Part shown: one piece after another, positions 19,164-27,714 of the stretch
Position numbering within the stretch: the first letter of the stretch is position 1
Layout: every line of letters starts with the position of its first letter
NCBI GenBank assembly: GCA_964617145.1
Contig: CAZTVN010000001.1
Span: 1-50,463, forward strand
DNA: 50,463 nt
Origin: an uncultured Candidatus Peribacteria bacterium
GTDB taxonomy: Bacteria; Patescibacteriota; Gracilibacteria; UBA1369; JACRIC01
Reading direction: 5' to 3'
The notes under the pieces: model-generated
What the model was told of the DNA's origin: nothing
Database searches by the model: none
What the model saw: only the letters and a program-made list of their open reading frames with translations
Position numbers and translations under genes: made by a program

Positions 19164-20492
19164 ATGTTTGATACCGTTATAAAGAATGCTCGAATTGTTT
19201 CTCATGAACCAGGTATTCGACAGGGTGATATTGTTATAAGTGGTGGAAAAATTGTTGATATTATTGATGCTTTTGATGGCGAAGCTTCTTTTATTTATGA
19301 TGTTTCAGGAAAATATGTGCTGCCTGGGATCATTGATGCTCATGTTCATTTTCGTGATCCGGGTTTGACGAAGAAAGAAGATTTTGTGAGTGGGTCTCGC
19401 GCTGCTGTGAGTGGCGGCATTACGACGGTTTTTGATATGCCTAATACCGATCCTCCAAATGTGAGCTTATCTGCTCTTATTGATAAGCGTCGGCGTATTT
19501 TGGGTCGCAGTTTTTGTCATTATGGATTTTATTTTGGCGCTACGGCTCATAATCTTCATGATCTTGAGAAGGTGAGCAATGTCGCTGGGATTAAATATTA
19601 CATTTCTCATTCGACTGGAGGACTTGGTGTTCCTGACATGAGCGTTTTGGAGCGTATTTTTGAGCATACGAATAAGCTTGTTGCGGTTCATGCTGAAGAT
19701 GAATCGATTATTCAGAGAAATTTTCAATTGTATGAGGATGAAGTTATTGGGATAGGGGATCATGGCAAAATTCGAAGCCGAGAAGCTGCGTATGAGGCTA
19801 CTTTGCAAGCTCTTACTTTAGCTCAAAAATATAAGCATCGACTGCATGTATGTCATGTGACGACTCAGGATGAAGTTGATCTTATTTTAAGATATCGTTC
19901 TCAAGGTGTTTTGGTTACTTTTGAGATTACCCCTCATCATCTTTTTTTGACTGAAGAAGAAGGGGAAAAACAGGGATTTTTTGTTAAAGTTAATCCTCCT
20001 CTTCGAACGCATAAAGATACTGTTTCGCTTTGGAAGGCGCTTGAAAGCGGTGATCTTGACATGATTGCTACGGATCATGCGCCTCATTTAAAGTCTGAAA
20101 AACATGCTGCGTATAAAGATGCTCCTTCTGGCGTACCTGGAGTTGAAACGATGCTTCCTCTTTTACTTCATGCTATGAATAAGCGTCGATCTTTTGCTTT
20201 ACATGATATTGTGAGGCTTATGTCGTATAATCCTGCTCGGATTTTTGGACTTCATTCCAAAGGAGCTGTGATTGTTGGATATGATGCGGATTTGGTCGTT
20301 TGCGATCTTGAACTTGAACGAGTTGTTGAGAATGAGTCATTGTATACTAAGTGTGGATGGTCTCCGTTTCATGGTTGGAAGCTTCGTGGTTGGCCAGTTA
20401 TGACTTTTGTTAGCGGGATGCCTGTGTATCGCGATGGTAAAGTCGATGAAAATTTTCGATGCGGGAAAGAGGTTGAATTTCATGCATCTTAA
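19164..20492 (+). CDS. pyrC: dihydroorotase
   Basis: 442 aa with amidohydrolase metal motifs IDAHVHFRDPG and ATDHAPH. Located between pyrB and pyrD. Confidence 0.92.
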   Translation: MFDTVIKNARIVSHEPGIRQGDIVISGGKIVDIIDAFDGEASFIYDVSGKYVLPGIIDAHVHFRDPGLTKKEDFVSGSRAAVSGGITTVFDMPNTDPPNVSLSALIDKRRRILGRSFCHYGFYFGATAHNLHDLEKVSNVAGIKYYISHSTGGLGVPDMSVLERIFEHTNKLVAVHAEDESIIQRNFQLYEDEVIGIGDHGKIRSREAAYEATLQALTLAQKYKHRLHVCHVTTQDEVDLILRYRSQGVLVTFEITPHHLFLTEEEGEKQGFFVKVNPPLRTHKDTVSLWKALESGDLDMIATDHAPHLKSEKHAAYKDAPSGVPGVETMLPLLLHAMNKRRSFALHDIVRLMSYNPARIFGLHSKGAVIVGYDADLVVCDLELERVVENESLYTKCGWSPFHGWKLRGWPVMTFVSGMPVYRDGKVDENFRCGKEVEFHAS

Positions 20493-20552
20493 GATTGCCG
20501 ATAGAGGCTAAACCGTGTTTTAATAGATTTATCTTCTTTTTAAGATGTAAAC

Positions 20553-21485
20553 ATGGATACTTCAGTCGATTTTTGTGGCGTAAAGTTTCCAAATCCTACG
20601 GTTTTAGCTTCTGGTATTTTGGGCGTGACTGGGGCGAGTTTGCTTCGGGTAGTGAAAAATGGTGCTGGCGGGATTACCACTAAATCTGTTTGGTATAAGG
20701 CTCATAAAGGCCATCCGAATCCTGTGATTATTGCGAATGAGCATTTTATGCTCAATGCCGTTGGCCTTCCTGATGCAGGAATTGAAAAAGCCCGTGAAGA
20801 GATTCCTAAAGTTTTAGAAAAGTCTTCTGTACCTGTTATTGTGAATATTGTTGAGCGAAGTTTTGAAGATTTTGAACGTGTTGCGGAGCAGGTGGCTGAA
20901 ATGAAACCGTCTCTTATTGAGGTTAATATTTCTTGTCCTAATGTTGATAATGAGTTTGGGAAGCCTTTTTCCTGTTCAACGAAGGATGCCCATGAGCTGA
21001 CACGAAGGGTGAAAAAAAGAGTTGGCAAGATTCCTATTATTTTGAAACTTACTCCAAATGTGACTTCTATCTCTGAAATAGCTAAAGCTGTTGAATCTGC
21101 TGGAGCTGATGCGATTTGTGCTATTAATACGATGCCAGGTTTTATGTACGATATTGATATGAGGGCGCCGGTTTTGCATAACGGATTTAGTGGTATTTCC
21201 GGGCCTGCGATAAAGCCGCTTTCTGTTCGATGTGTGTATGAAATTGCTCGAAGCGTGAAGATCCCCATTATTGGGACTGGTGGTATTTTGACTGGACGTG
21301 ATGCTCTTGAAATGATGATGGTTGGTGCGACGCTTGTTGGAGTGGGAACAGGAGTACATTATCGTGGTATAAGTGTGTTCAAGAAAATTGTTCAAGAAAT
21401 GAGTGAGTGGTGTGAGAAAAATAAGGTGAAACGATTTCAAAATTTAATAGGTGTGGCGCATGAAAAGTCTTTTCGTCTTAAATAA
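20553..21485 (+). CDS. pyrD: dihydroorotate dehydrogenase, class 1B catalytic subunit
   Basis: 310 aa. TIM-barrel DHOD motifs (..EVNISCPNV.. with active-site Cys, ..IIGTGGI..). Followed by pyrK. Confidence 0.92.
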   Translation: MDTSVDFCGVKFPNPTVLASGILGVTGASLLRVVKNGAGGITTKSVWYKAHKGHPNPVIIANEHFMLNAVGLPDAGIEKAREEIPKVLEKSSVPVIVNIVERSFEDFERVAEQVAEMKPSLIEVNISCPNVDNEFGKPFSCSTKDAHELTRRVKKRVGKIPIILKLTPNVTSISEIAKAVESAGADAICAINTMPGFMYDIDMRAPVLHNGFSGISGPAIKPLSVRCVYEIARSVKIPIIGTGGILTGRDALEMMMVGATLVGVGTGVHYRGISVFKKIVQEMSEWCEKNKVKRFQNLIGVAHEKSFRLK

Positions 21486-21515
21486 TTTTTTGAGCTAATT
21501 TTTTCTTCTTTTATT

Positions 21516-22361
21516 ATGTCCGATCAAATCCCTCAAACATTTACGATTAAAAAAATTATTCAAGAGAATGCTGCGGTCAAAACTTACATCTTTGATCGAT
21601 CTGTTTGCGGGAAACCCGGACAGTTTGTGAATGTTTGGATTCCTCGGATGGACGAGAAGCCTATGAGTATTGCTTATGATGATTCCAAATCTCTTTCTCT
21701 TACTATTTGTGAGGTTGGTTCGTTTTCTCGTGCTATAGCTTCGAAAAAGGTTGGTGATAAGCTTGGTATACGTGGTCCTTATGGAAAACCTTTTCATTGG
21801 CAAAAAAAACAACATCTTATTATGGTAGCAGGTGGTTATGGTGCGGCGCCTTTGTTTTTTGCATCGAAAATGGCCATTCAAGATGGCTGTACAATAGATT
21901 TTATTCTTGGAGCTCGGACGAAAAATCATCTTCTTTATCTTAAAAGATTAGGGCTTGTCAAAGGGCTAAAACTGCATATTTCAACGGACGATGGAAGTTG
22001 TGGGCATAAAGGATATAATATCGATATTTTAACGAAAATTTTAGGTGAAACCCGAATGAAAACGTTGCAATTACCCGGTGCTCATTTTTTGAAGAAAAAA
22101 GCTGACTGGGTTTTTACTTGCGGTCCGGAAATGATGATGAAGCGAGTCTCTGATATTTGTTTTGAGAAAAATATTAAAGCTCAGGTGAGCGTCGAACGTT
22201 ACATGAAGTGCGGTTTTGGTATTTGTGGGCAGTGTTGCGTTGATGAATCAGGAATGCCTGTGTGTATTGAAGGTCCTGTTATGGATAATGATACAGCCCG
22301 AATGATCGAAGAATTTGGGAAATATCATCGCGACAGTGAGGGGAGGAAGGTTTATTTTTAG
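21516..22361 (+). CDS. pyrK: dihydroorotate dehydrogenase electron-transfer subunit
   Basis: 281 aa. FAD/NAD-binding fold (..IMVAGGYGAAPL..) and C-terminal 2Fe-2S motif CGFGICGQCCV...PVCIEGP. Confidence 0.9.
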   Translation: MSDQIPQTFTIKKIIQENAAVKTYIFDRSVCGKPGQFVNVWIPRMDEKPMSIAYDDSKSLSLTICEVGSFSRAIASKKVGDKLGIRGPYGKPFHWQKKQHLIMVAGGYGAAPLFFASKMAIQDGCTIDFILGARTKNHLLYLKRLGLVKGLKLHISTDDGSCGHKGYNIDILTKILGETRMKTLQLPGAHFLKKKADWVFTCGPEMMMKRVSDICFEKNIKAQVSVERYMKCGFGICGQCCVDESGMPVCIEGPVMDNDTARMIEEFGKYHRDSEGRKVYF

Positions 22362-22396
22362 AGCGTGGGGTACAATTTTTATTTCAAGAAGCTTCT

Positions 22397-22671
22397 TAGG
22401 GCCTGTGCACACAAAGTTTTTACAGATGGAAGAGACATATTTTGTTCAGTTCAAGAAACGACGACGAAGGTGTGCCCAAAGGCACATCGAGGAGGAGTAA
22501 CGCAGAAATGGGCAAAATATGTCTCTTCCCTTCGGGTTGAACAGGAACCTGTCAGGTCTTCTTTGTTGCTCGTCGCTTGTGGAGCGCAATGGCGAAACAG
22601 CGCTCCTCGCGCCGCGAATCCGACCACGTTCCTGTTCAACCATCGCAAAAACTTTGTGTGCACAGGCCCTA
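22397..22671 (+). ncRNA. unclassified, highly structured 275-nt GC-enriched element (candidate novel ncRNA; alternative: TA-flanked MITE)
   Basis: Three nested perfect helices close a three-way junction: 22397-22421/22647-22671 (25 bp), 22428-22444/22513-22529 (17 bp) and 22535-22548/22628-22641 (14 bp). Two inner hairpins sit at 22471-22486 and 22581-22606. U-G extensions of P2 pair only in the plus sense. Strand and RNA status are unproven. Confidence 0.45.
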
Positions 22672-22682
22672 GGAGAGAATTT

Positions 22683-25061
22683 TTAATTCGTCAGTTTCCG
22701 AAAGATAAAATTTTCGTTTTCGACCTGACAGGTTATTTGATCTCCTTCTTTTAGTTGTTTACGAAGAAGCATTTTTGCCAAAGGAGTATCGATTTCTTTT
22801 TGAATCACTAAACGGGCTGGCCTTGCTCCAAAAACTGGATCATAGCCGAGTTCCGCAAGTTTTTTTCGCGCTGAGTCCATTAAAATAAAACTGATATTTT
22901 GTTCTTCCAGCGATTCAACGGTATCTCGAATCAAGAGATTTATAATGCTTTCAATATTTTCCTTGGTGAGAAAATCGAAAAGAATGATATCATCAAATCG
23001 ATTGATAAGTTCTGGCTTAAGGAGCGTACGGAGTTCTTTAATGAGAGTGTTTTTTTGTTCACGTTCATTGAGTGATTTTATTTGAGCAAAATCGATGGTT
23101 TGTCCTCCAAGATTGGATGAACAAATGATGATAGTATTTTCAAAATTCACTTTTTGTCCTTTGGCATCGGTAAGATGTCCTTCGTCAAGCATTTGAAGAA
23201 GCAAATTAAATATTTCTGGATGCGCTTTTTCGATTTCGTCAAAGAGAATGACGCTGTATGGCCTTCGTCTGATTATTTCAGTAAGTTGGCCTCCTTCTTC
23301 GTAACCGATATACCCTGGAGGAGCACCGATGAGTCTCGCGCTTGTATGTTTTTCACTCAATTCGCTCATGTCAAAGCGAACGAGAGCATCAAGCGTTCCA
23401 AAAAGGTATTCTGTGAGCCTTTCCGCGAGTTCTGTTTTTCCTACTCCCGTTGGCCCCATAAAAATAAAGGATCCGATGGGTTTTGATTTTTTCTTCATCC
23501 CTGTTTGGTTTCGGATAATGGCTTCAGATACGATTTTTATTGCTTTGTTTTGGCCGACAATATTTTGAGACAATATTTCTTCAATGTGCAATAGGCGTTC
23601 TCCTTCGTTTCCTTGAATATGAGGCTTCGGTATTCCTGTCATCTTTGAGACGATTTCTTCTACGATTTCTCGGGTTAAGATTTTTTCGCGTCGTTTCTCT
23701 TTTTCTTTTAAACTTTTTTCTAGAGAGAGTATTTTTGCTTCGATATGTCTGGCTTTATAGCTCAATTTGTTTGCCAGAGGAATATTTTTGTTCATCGTAG
23801 CTTTTTCTTTTCTTTCTATGATGTCAGAGAAAAGAAATTTTTGCGCTTCCTTTTGTCCTGAAAGAGAAAATTCTGGAATATTCATGGCTGTACAGGCTTC
23901 ATCAAGCAGATCAATGGCTTTATCTGGCAAGAGACGATGTACGATATAGCGCTGACTTAAGCGTAAAATATCTTCCAAAATTTCGTCAGGAATGAGGATT
24001 TTGTGATAATTTTCAAACTTTTTTTTAATTCCTTTCAAAATAATCAAACAGTTTTCTTCTGATGGTTCTTCGATATAAACCGGCTGAAATCGTCTTTCGA
24101 GCGCAGCATCTTTTTCAAAATGTTTTCTATACTCGCTTTCCGTTGTTGCGCCTATGCATTGGATTTCTCCACGAGCAAGAGCTGGTTTTAAGATGTTTGC
24201 CGCTTCGGAATTATCTTCTTTTTGCACCAATGAATGGATTTCATCAAAAAATATGATAATTTTTCCATCGGATTTTTTTACTTCCTCGAGAATATTTTTC
24301 AATCTTTCTTCAAATTCTCCTTTTAAGCTCGCTCCTGCAATTATGGAATGGATACTCAGTTCGATGATACGTTTATTTTTGAGATTTTCTGGCACTTTGT
24401 CCTTGGCAATCATATAGGCAATTCCTTCAACAATGCCTGTTTTTCCTACTCCCGGGCCGCCGAAAAGCACTGGATTGTTTTTTGTTTTTCTTGAAAGAAT
24501 TTGAATGATTCTCTCGGTTTCCTCAAAACGATCAATGATGGGATCAAGTTTTCCATCGATTGCTTTTTGAGTCAGATCGTCTCCGTATTGATCGAGAAAT
24601 GTTGTGATTTCGGTTTTTTGTCTTTTTTTTGATTTTTCGTAATAACCGTATATTTTTTCGTAGGAGAGATTAAAATTTTTCAAGGCTTCCTGAATACGCT
24701 TTGATGGATCTTTGGTTAAAATCATGAAAAGATGTATGGATTTTACGCTTTTATCATTGAATGTTTCGACGATTTTTTTGGCTTCTTCCAAAGTTTTTTT
24801 AAGTTCCGCGTCGAATCCAATGTTTTTTATTTTTGTGTCATTTACATCCGTTGTCTCTCTCCGTATTTTTGTTAAGCTCTGAATAAATTCTTCTTTTGAT
24901 ATTTTGAACTCTTTAAACATTTCATCTATTTCTTCGTCATTTTGTTTTAGAATTGCGAGAAAAACGTGTTCTTTTTTTACGTATGACGCGTTTTCTTTGA
25001 GAGCTTCTATTGAGGCAATTTGTAAGATGTTTTCGATTTGTGAAGAGTAGGAAGTTGGCAT
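22683..25061 (-). CDS. Clp/Hsp100 AAA+ chaperone (ClpB/ClpC family, two NBDs)
   Basis: 792 aa. Clp_N-like N-terminus, NBD1 GGPGVGKTG..IIFFDEIH, NBD2 GPTGVGKTE..ILFDEIEKAH. The linker between the NBDs is about 110 aa. Confidence 0.93.
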   Translation of the reverse strand: MPTSYSSQIENILQIASIEALKENASYVKKEHVFLAILKQNDEEIDEMFKEFKISKEEFIQSLTKIRRETTDVNDTKIKNIGFDAELKKTLEEAKKIVETFNDKSVKSIHLFMILTKDPSKRIQEALKNFNLSYEKIYGYYEKSKKRQKTEITTFLDQYGDDLTQKAIDGKLDPIIDRFEETERIIQILSRKTKNNPVLFGGPGVGKTGIVEGIAYMIAKDKVPENLKNKRIIELSIHSIIAGASLKGEFEERLKNILEEVKKSDGKIIIFFDEIHSLVQKEDNSEAANILKPALARGEIQCIGATTESEYRKHFEKDAALERRFQPVYIEEPSEENCLIILKGIKKKFENYHKILIPDEILEDILRLSQRYIVHRLLPDKAIDLLDEACTAMNIPEFSLSGQKEAQKFLFSDIIERKEKATMNKNIPLANKLSYKARHIEAKILSLEKSLKEKEKRREKILTREIVEEIVSKMTGIPKPHIQGNEGERLLHIEEILSQNIVGQNKAIKIVSEAIIRNQTGMKKKSKPIGSFIFMGPTGVGKTELAERLTEYLFGTLDALVRFDMSELSEKHTSARLIGAPPGYIGYEEGGQLTEIIRRRPYSVILFDEIEKAHPEIFNLLLQMLDEGHLTDAKGQKVNFENTIIICSSNLGGQTIDFAQIKSLNEREQKNTLIKELRTLLKPELINRFDDIILFDFLTKENIESIINLLIRDTVESLEEQNISFILMDSARKKLAELGYDPVFGARPARLVIQKEIDTPLAKMLLRKQLKEGDQITCQVENENFIFRKLTN

Positions 25062-25065
25062 AGGT

Positions 25066-26481
25066 TTAAGCTTCTAGGGTAAGAGCGGTTTCGATTTTTC
25101 TTAATGTGCTTATATAGCTGTTTTGAGCGCGAGGGATTCTGATTTCTTCACTTAAAAGATCTTTTTGAGTGATAATTTGAGATCCTTGTTGTGATTCCCC
25201 AACAAGTTCTAGTTGAGAGATGGTTTCAGCCGGCATGTTTGCGAAAATTTCTTCTAAAGTCGCGATGGCGCTCATACTTTCTGCGATTTCTTCTTTTTGA
25301 GGTTTTTGTTCTTCTGGCGCAAACATTTTTCTTCCCACTACGTCGCGTACTTTTGTTAATAGATTTACTACGATATTGCCTGAAAGTTCTTCGATATCGT
25401 CTGGAATGTTTTCTGCTGATTCTCCTGAAATAGCAGATGTTCTTTCGATTGATGAGGGTTCTGCTAAACCATGTTTTTCAGAACCCTCTGCTGTTTTTCC
25501 TTCCTCAACACTTTCAACGAGCGATGTCAAATATTGAAAGTTGTTTCTGATAGCAATGGTTACTGGTCGCTCTATAGCTTGATTTTGATCTGTTGTTTGC
25601 GTTTCTTCTTGAATTGTTTCGTGCGTGCTGTTGGCGATAGCTTGAATGAAAGGTTTTCGTGTTTCTTCTCTTTCTAGCCCTTCATATATTTTCGCGCTAT
25701 CTCCTCTTTTTTCTTGTTCTTCGTCAATTTTTGCACGGACTACTGTTTCGATTCCCTTTGGTATTTCTCTTACGATCCATCCGTGGAAAATAAAGGCTTG
25801 TAAGGCAGGATCTTGTCCTTTTATGGCCCAATGCCCTTGAAAATTTTTTTGATCAGATTTGGCTGGGATCCAATATAGGATAAGTTTTTCGGCACCTTGA
25901 GGTGAAATCGCTTCATATATTTTGGGTTTTTCTTCTTCATCTGCTTTATCGAAAAGAGGCAGTCCTTCTAATGCTCTTTGTTCCTGTAGCCCTTCGTAAT
26001 CCAGTGAACCGTCTGTTTTTTTATAATTGATCATTGCTGGCGCTTCTAAATTTCCAAAAAATGGATTTTTTACCTTTTCGTTTAGGACGGAGAGATTTCT
26101 ATCCGTCAAGTTGACGAGATAGGTTACTGCCAGACGTTTTTTTTCTTTTATGCTATCTTCGGCATTTTCTCTTTTTAAGAAAAAATCTTTCAGTCTTTTT
26201 ACTAGAGCCTTGCTTGCTTCGGCTTGATTTTGCGTTAGTGCCTCTTGAAGTGCTCGGATATTGTCTTCTACGCCTCTCGTAAGATCTTCTGGAAGGTTTT
26301 TGAAAGTTGTTCCTATTTCATGAAGCGTTGTGTCAACGAAAGATCCTGTTGTTTCTAGGTCGTGTCCGAGATTTTCAAGTTCTAGAAGAGTGTTTTTAAG
26401 GAAGCCTTCTCGCAGACTTTCTCCAGATGGTTCTCTTTCAAGGCCTGATACTTCTTTATTTTGTTTCGTTGATACCGTCAT
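25066..26481 (-). CDS. hypothetical acidic protein (no recognisable domain)
   Basis: 471-aa ORF, Glu-rich, with no TM segment or motif I recognise. Ends 4 nt before the Clp ATPase start. Coding status rests on its length and operon position. Confidence 0.6.
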   Translation of the reverse strand: MTVSTKQNKEVSGLEREPSGESLREGFLKNTLLELENLGHDLETTGSFVDTTLHEIGTTFKNLPEDLTRGVEDNIRALQEALTQNQAEASKALVKRLKDFFLKRENAEDSIKEKKRLAVTYLVNLTDRNLSVLNEKVKNPFFGNLEAPAMINYKKTDGSLDYEGLQEQRALEGLPLFDKADEEEKPKIYEAISPQGAEKLILYWIPAKSDQKNFQGHWAIKGQDPALQAFIFHGWIVREIPKGIETVVRAKIDEEQEKRGDSAKIYEGLEREETRKPFIQAIANSTHETIQEETQTTDQNQAIERPVTIAIRNNFQYLTSLVESVEEGKTAEGSEKHGLAEPSSIERTSAISGESAENIPDDIEELSGNIVVNLLTKVRDVVGRKMFAPEEQKPQKEEIAESMSAIATLEEIFANMPAETISQLELVGESQQGSQIITQKDLLSEEIRIPRAQNSYISTLRKIETALTLEA

Positions 26482-26779
26482 TGATTGTGGTAAAAAGATT
26501 TTTGAGTATTTTTTTTTCTTCTCTGCCTGATTCTTGCTCGAGTTTTTGAAACATGGGCCGTATTTTTTCTTTTTGAATATTATTTATATCCAGAAGAAAT
26601 TTTTTATTTATTTTTATGAGTTGACTCATCCCTTCTGCAATGATTTTTTTGAGTTCTTCGTATTGTTTTTGATTTAATGTTGGAAATACTTCATCGAACG
26701 TCTCTAAAATTTCTTTTGGGAGATTTTGGATATTTTTTAGAAGTTCTAGAAGAGCACGTTTTTCTTCTTCCGATGGCAT
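26456..26779 (-). CDS. hypothetical small helical protein
   Basis: 107-aa ORF rich in Lys/Glu/Leu. Its 3' end overlaps the start of the 471-aa ORF by 26 nt. A candidate promoter lies about 60 nt upstream. Confidence 0.5.
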   Translation of the reverse strand: MPSEEEKRALLELLKNIQNLPKEILETFDEVFPTLNQKQYEELKKIIAEGMSQLIKINKKFLLDINNIQKEKIRPMFQKLEQESGREEKKILKNLFTTINDGINETK

Positions 26780-26839
26780 ATTTGATATTAAAAGAAATTT
26801 TGCGATAGAAGCTTGTTTGTGGGTTCGTTTAATCTTAAA

Positions 26840-26869
26840 ATTATAACATTTTTTTGCCTAACATGCCAA
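26840..26869 (-). promoter_or_regulatory. candidate promoter of the ORFan-ORFan-Clp ATPase unit
   Basis: On the minus strand: TTGGCA (26869-26864), 18-nt spacer, TG-T-TATAAT (extended -10; TATAAT = 26845-26840). About 60 nt upstream of the ATG at 26779. Confidence 0.45.
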
Positions 26870-27038
26870 CTTAAAATCGCGGGTAATTTCTCGCGGATCG
26901 ATGCGTCAAAGGCCTGTCAGTATCATGTTTTTGCTCTTATTTTTTTCACTCCTCTTTTTTTAAAAAAAAGGTTTGCTTCATGTCGTTGTTTCCCGTTACA
27001 CTGTCTGTGATCAATTTTATTGATATTCACCATTTTAT

Positions 27039-27710
27039 ATGGAGCAGTATAAGCAAGAATTTGTGAAGTTTTTGGTTGAAACACAGGCTTTACAATTTGG
27101 TGAATTCACCTTGAAAAGTGGTCGAAAAGCTCCTTATTTTTTTAATATTGGCAGTTTTTGTCAAGGATCGGCCATTTCTAAGCTTTCATCTTATTATGCA
27201 GAGGCTTTTCTTCAAAGCGGATTTTCGGCTGATGTGATCTTTGGGCCTGCTTATAAGGGCATTCCTCTTGCTGTTTCTCTTTCTATTACACTTTTTCGAG
27301 ATTTTCAAAAAAATGTTTCTTATGCTTTTAATCGTAAAGAAGCGAAAACTTATGGACAGAAAGATACGATTGTAGGCGCTTCTTTTTCTGATAAGACTCG
27401 CGTAGTTCTTGTTGATGATGTTGTTACCGCTGGAACCGCGATTCGAGAATCTTTAGAGATACTTAAAAATAATGGTAATCCCCAGATTTCTGGCATTCTT
27501 ATTGCTTTGGACCGTATGGAAAAGAATAATGATGGGGAAAATGCGCTTCTTTCGCTTTCTCAAGATTTTCATATTTCCATACACGCCATTATTACTTTAG
27601 ATGAGGTGATTGAATATTTATACGGAAGATCATTTGATGGCCATACCTATATTGACGATGAACGTATGGAAGTTATCCAAAATTACAGGGCTTTATATGG
27701 TATTTCCTAA
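27039..27710 (+). CDS. pyrE: orotate phosphoribosyltransferase
   Basis: 223 aa with ..FGEFTLKSGRKAPYFFN.. and PRPP-binding loop VVLVDDVVTAGTAIRES. Confidence 0.93.
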   Translation: MEQYKQEFVKFLVETQALQFGEFTLKSGRKAPYFFNIGSFCQGSAISKLSSYYAEAFLQSGFSADVIFGPAYKGIPLAVSLSITLFRDFQKNVSYAFNRKEAKTYGQKDTIVGASFSDKTRVVLVDDVVTAGTAIRESLEILKNNGNPQISGILIALDRMEKNNDGENALLSLSQDFHISIHAIITLDEVIEYLYGRSFDGHTYIDDERMEVIQNYRALYGIS

Positions 27711-27714
27711 GGAT

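Noticed and set aside
20702-21268. Long antisense ORFs inside well-supported genes, for example 188 aa opposite pyrD. Others are 21495-21929 opposite pyrK, 9242-9667 opposite the HycD-like gene, 28034-28456 opposite pyrF and 30520-30900 opposite the ATPase.
   Set aside because: These are shadow ORFs on the opposite strand of genes with clear family motifs. Their translations are of low complexity and carry no motifs.
22397-22671. Identity of the structured element as tmRNA, SRP RNA, RNase P RNA or 6S RNA
   Set aside because: There is no tRNA-like acceptor/T-arm and no Ala-rich tag ORF ending in a stop, so it is not tmRNA. Only a 9-nt UGUCAGGUC resemblance to SRP helix 8 exists, without the GNRA loop or the AGCA motif. 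The GAGGAAAGUCC and ACAGAA P4 strands of RNase P are absent. The three-way-junction topology does not fit the 6S rod with a central bubble.
22365-22754. 129-aa plus-strand ORF, together with two minus-strand ORFs (22446-22643 and 22451-22663), covering the structured element
   Set aside because: Three mutually overlapping frames lie within a GC-rich palindromic block. The 129-aa frame runs into the 3' end of the Clp ATPase gene on the other strand. The products are Arg/Cys-rich and of low complexity, with no recognisable motif and no start context. They are best explained as non-coding.
26955-26969. T7A8 tract upstream of pyrE
   Set aside because: It is a simple homopolymer palindrome in an AT-rich intergenic region. 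It may bend DNA, but no specific function can be argued from the sequence.
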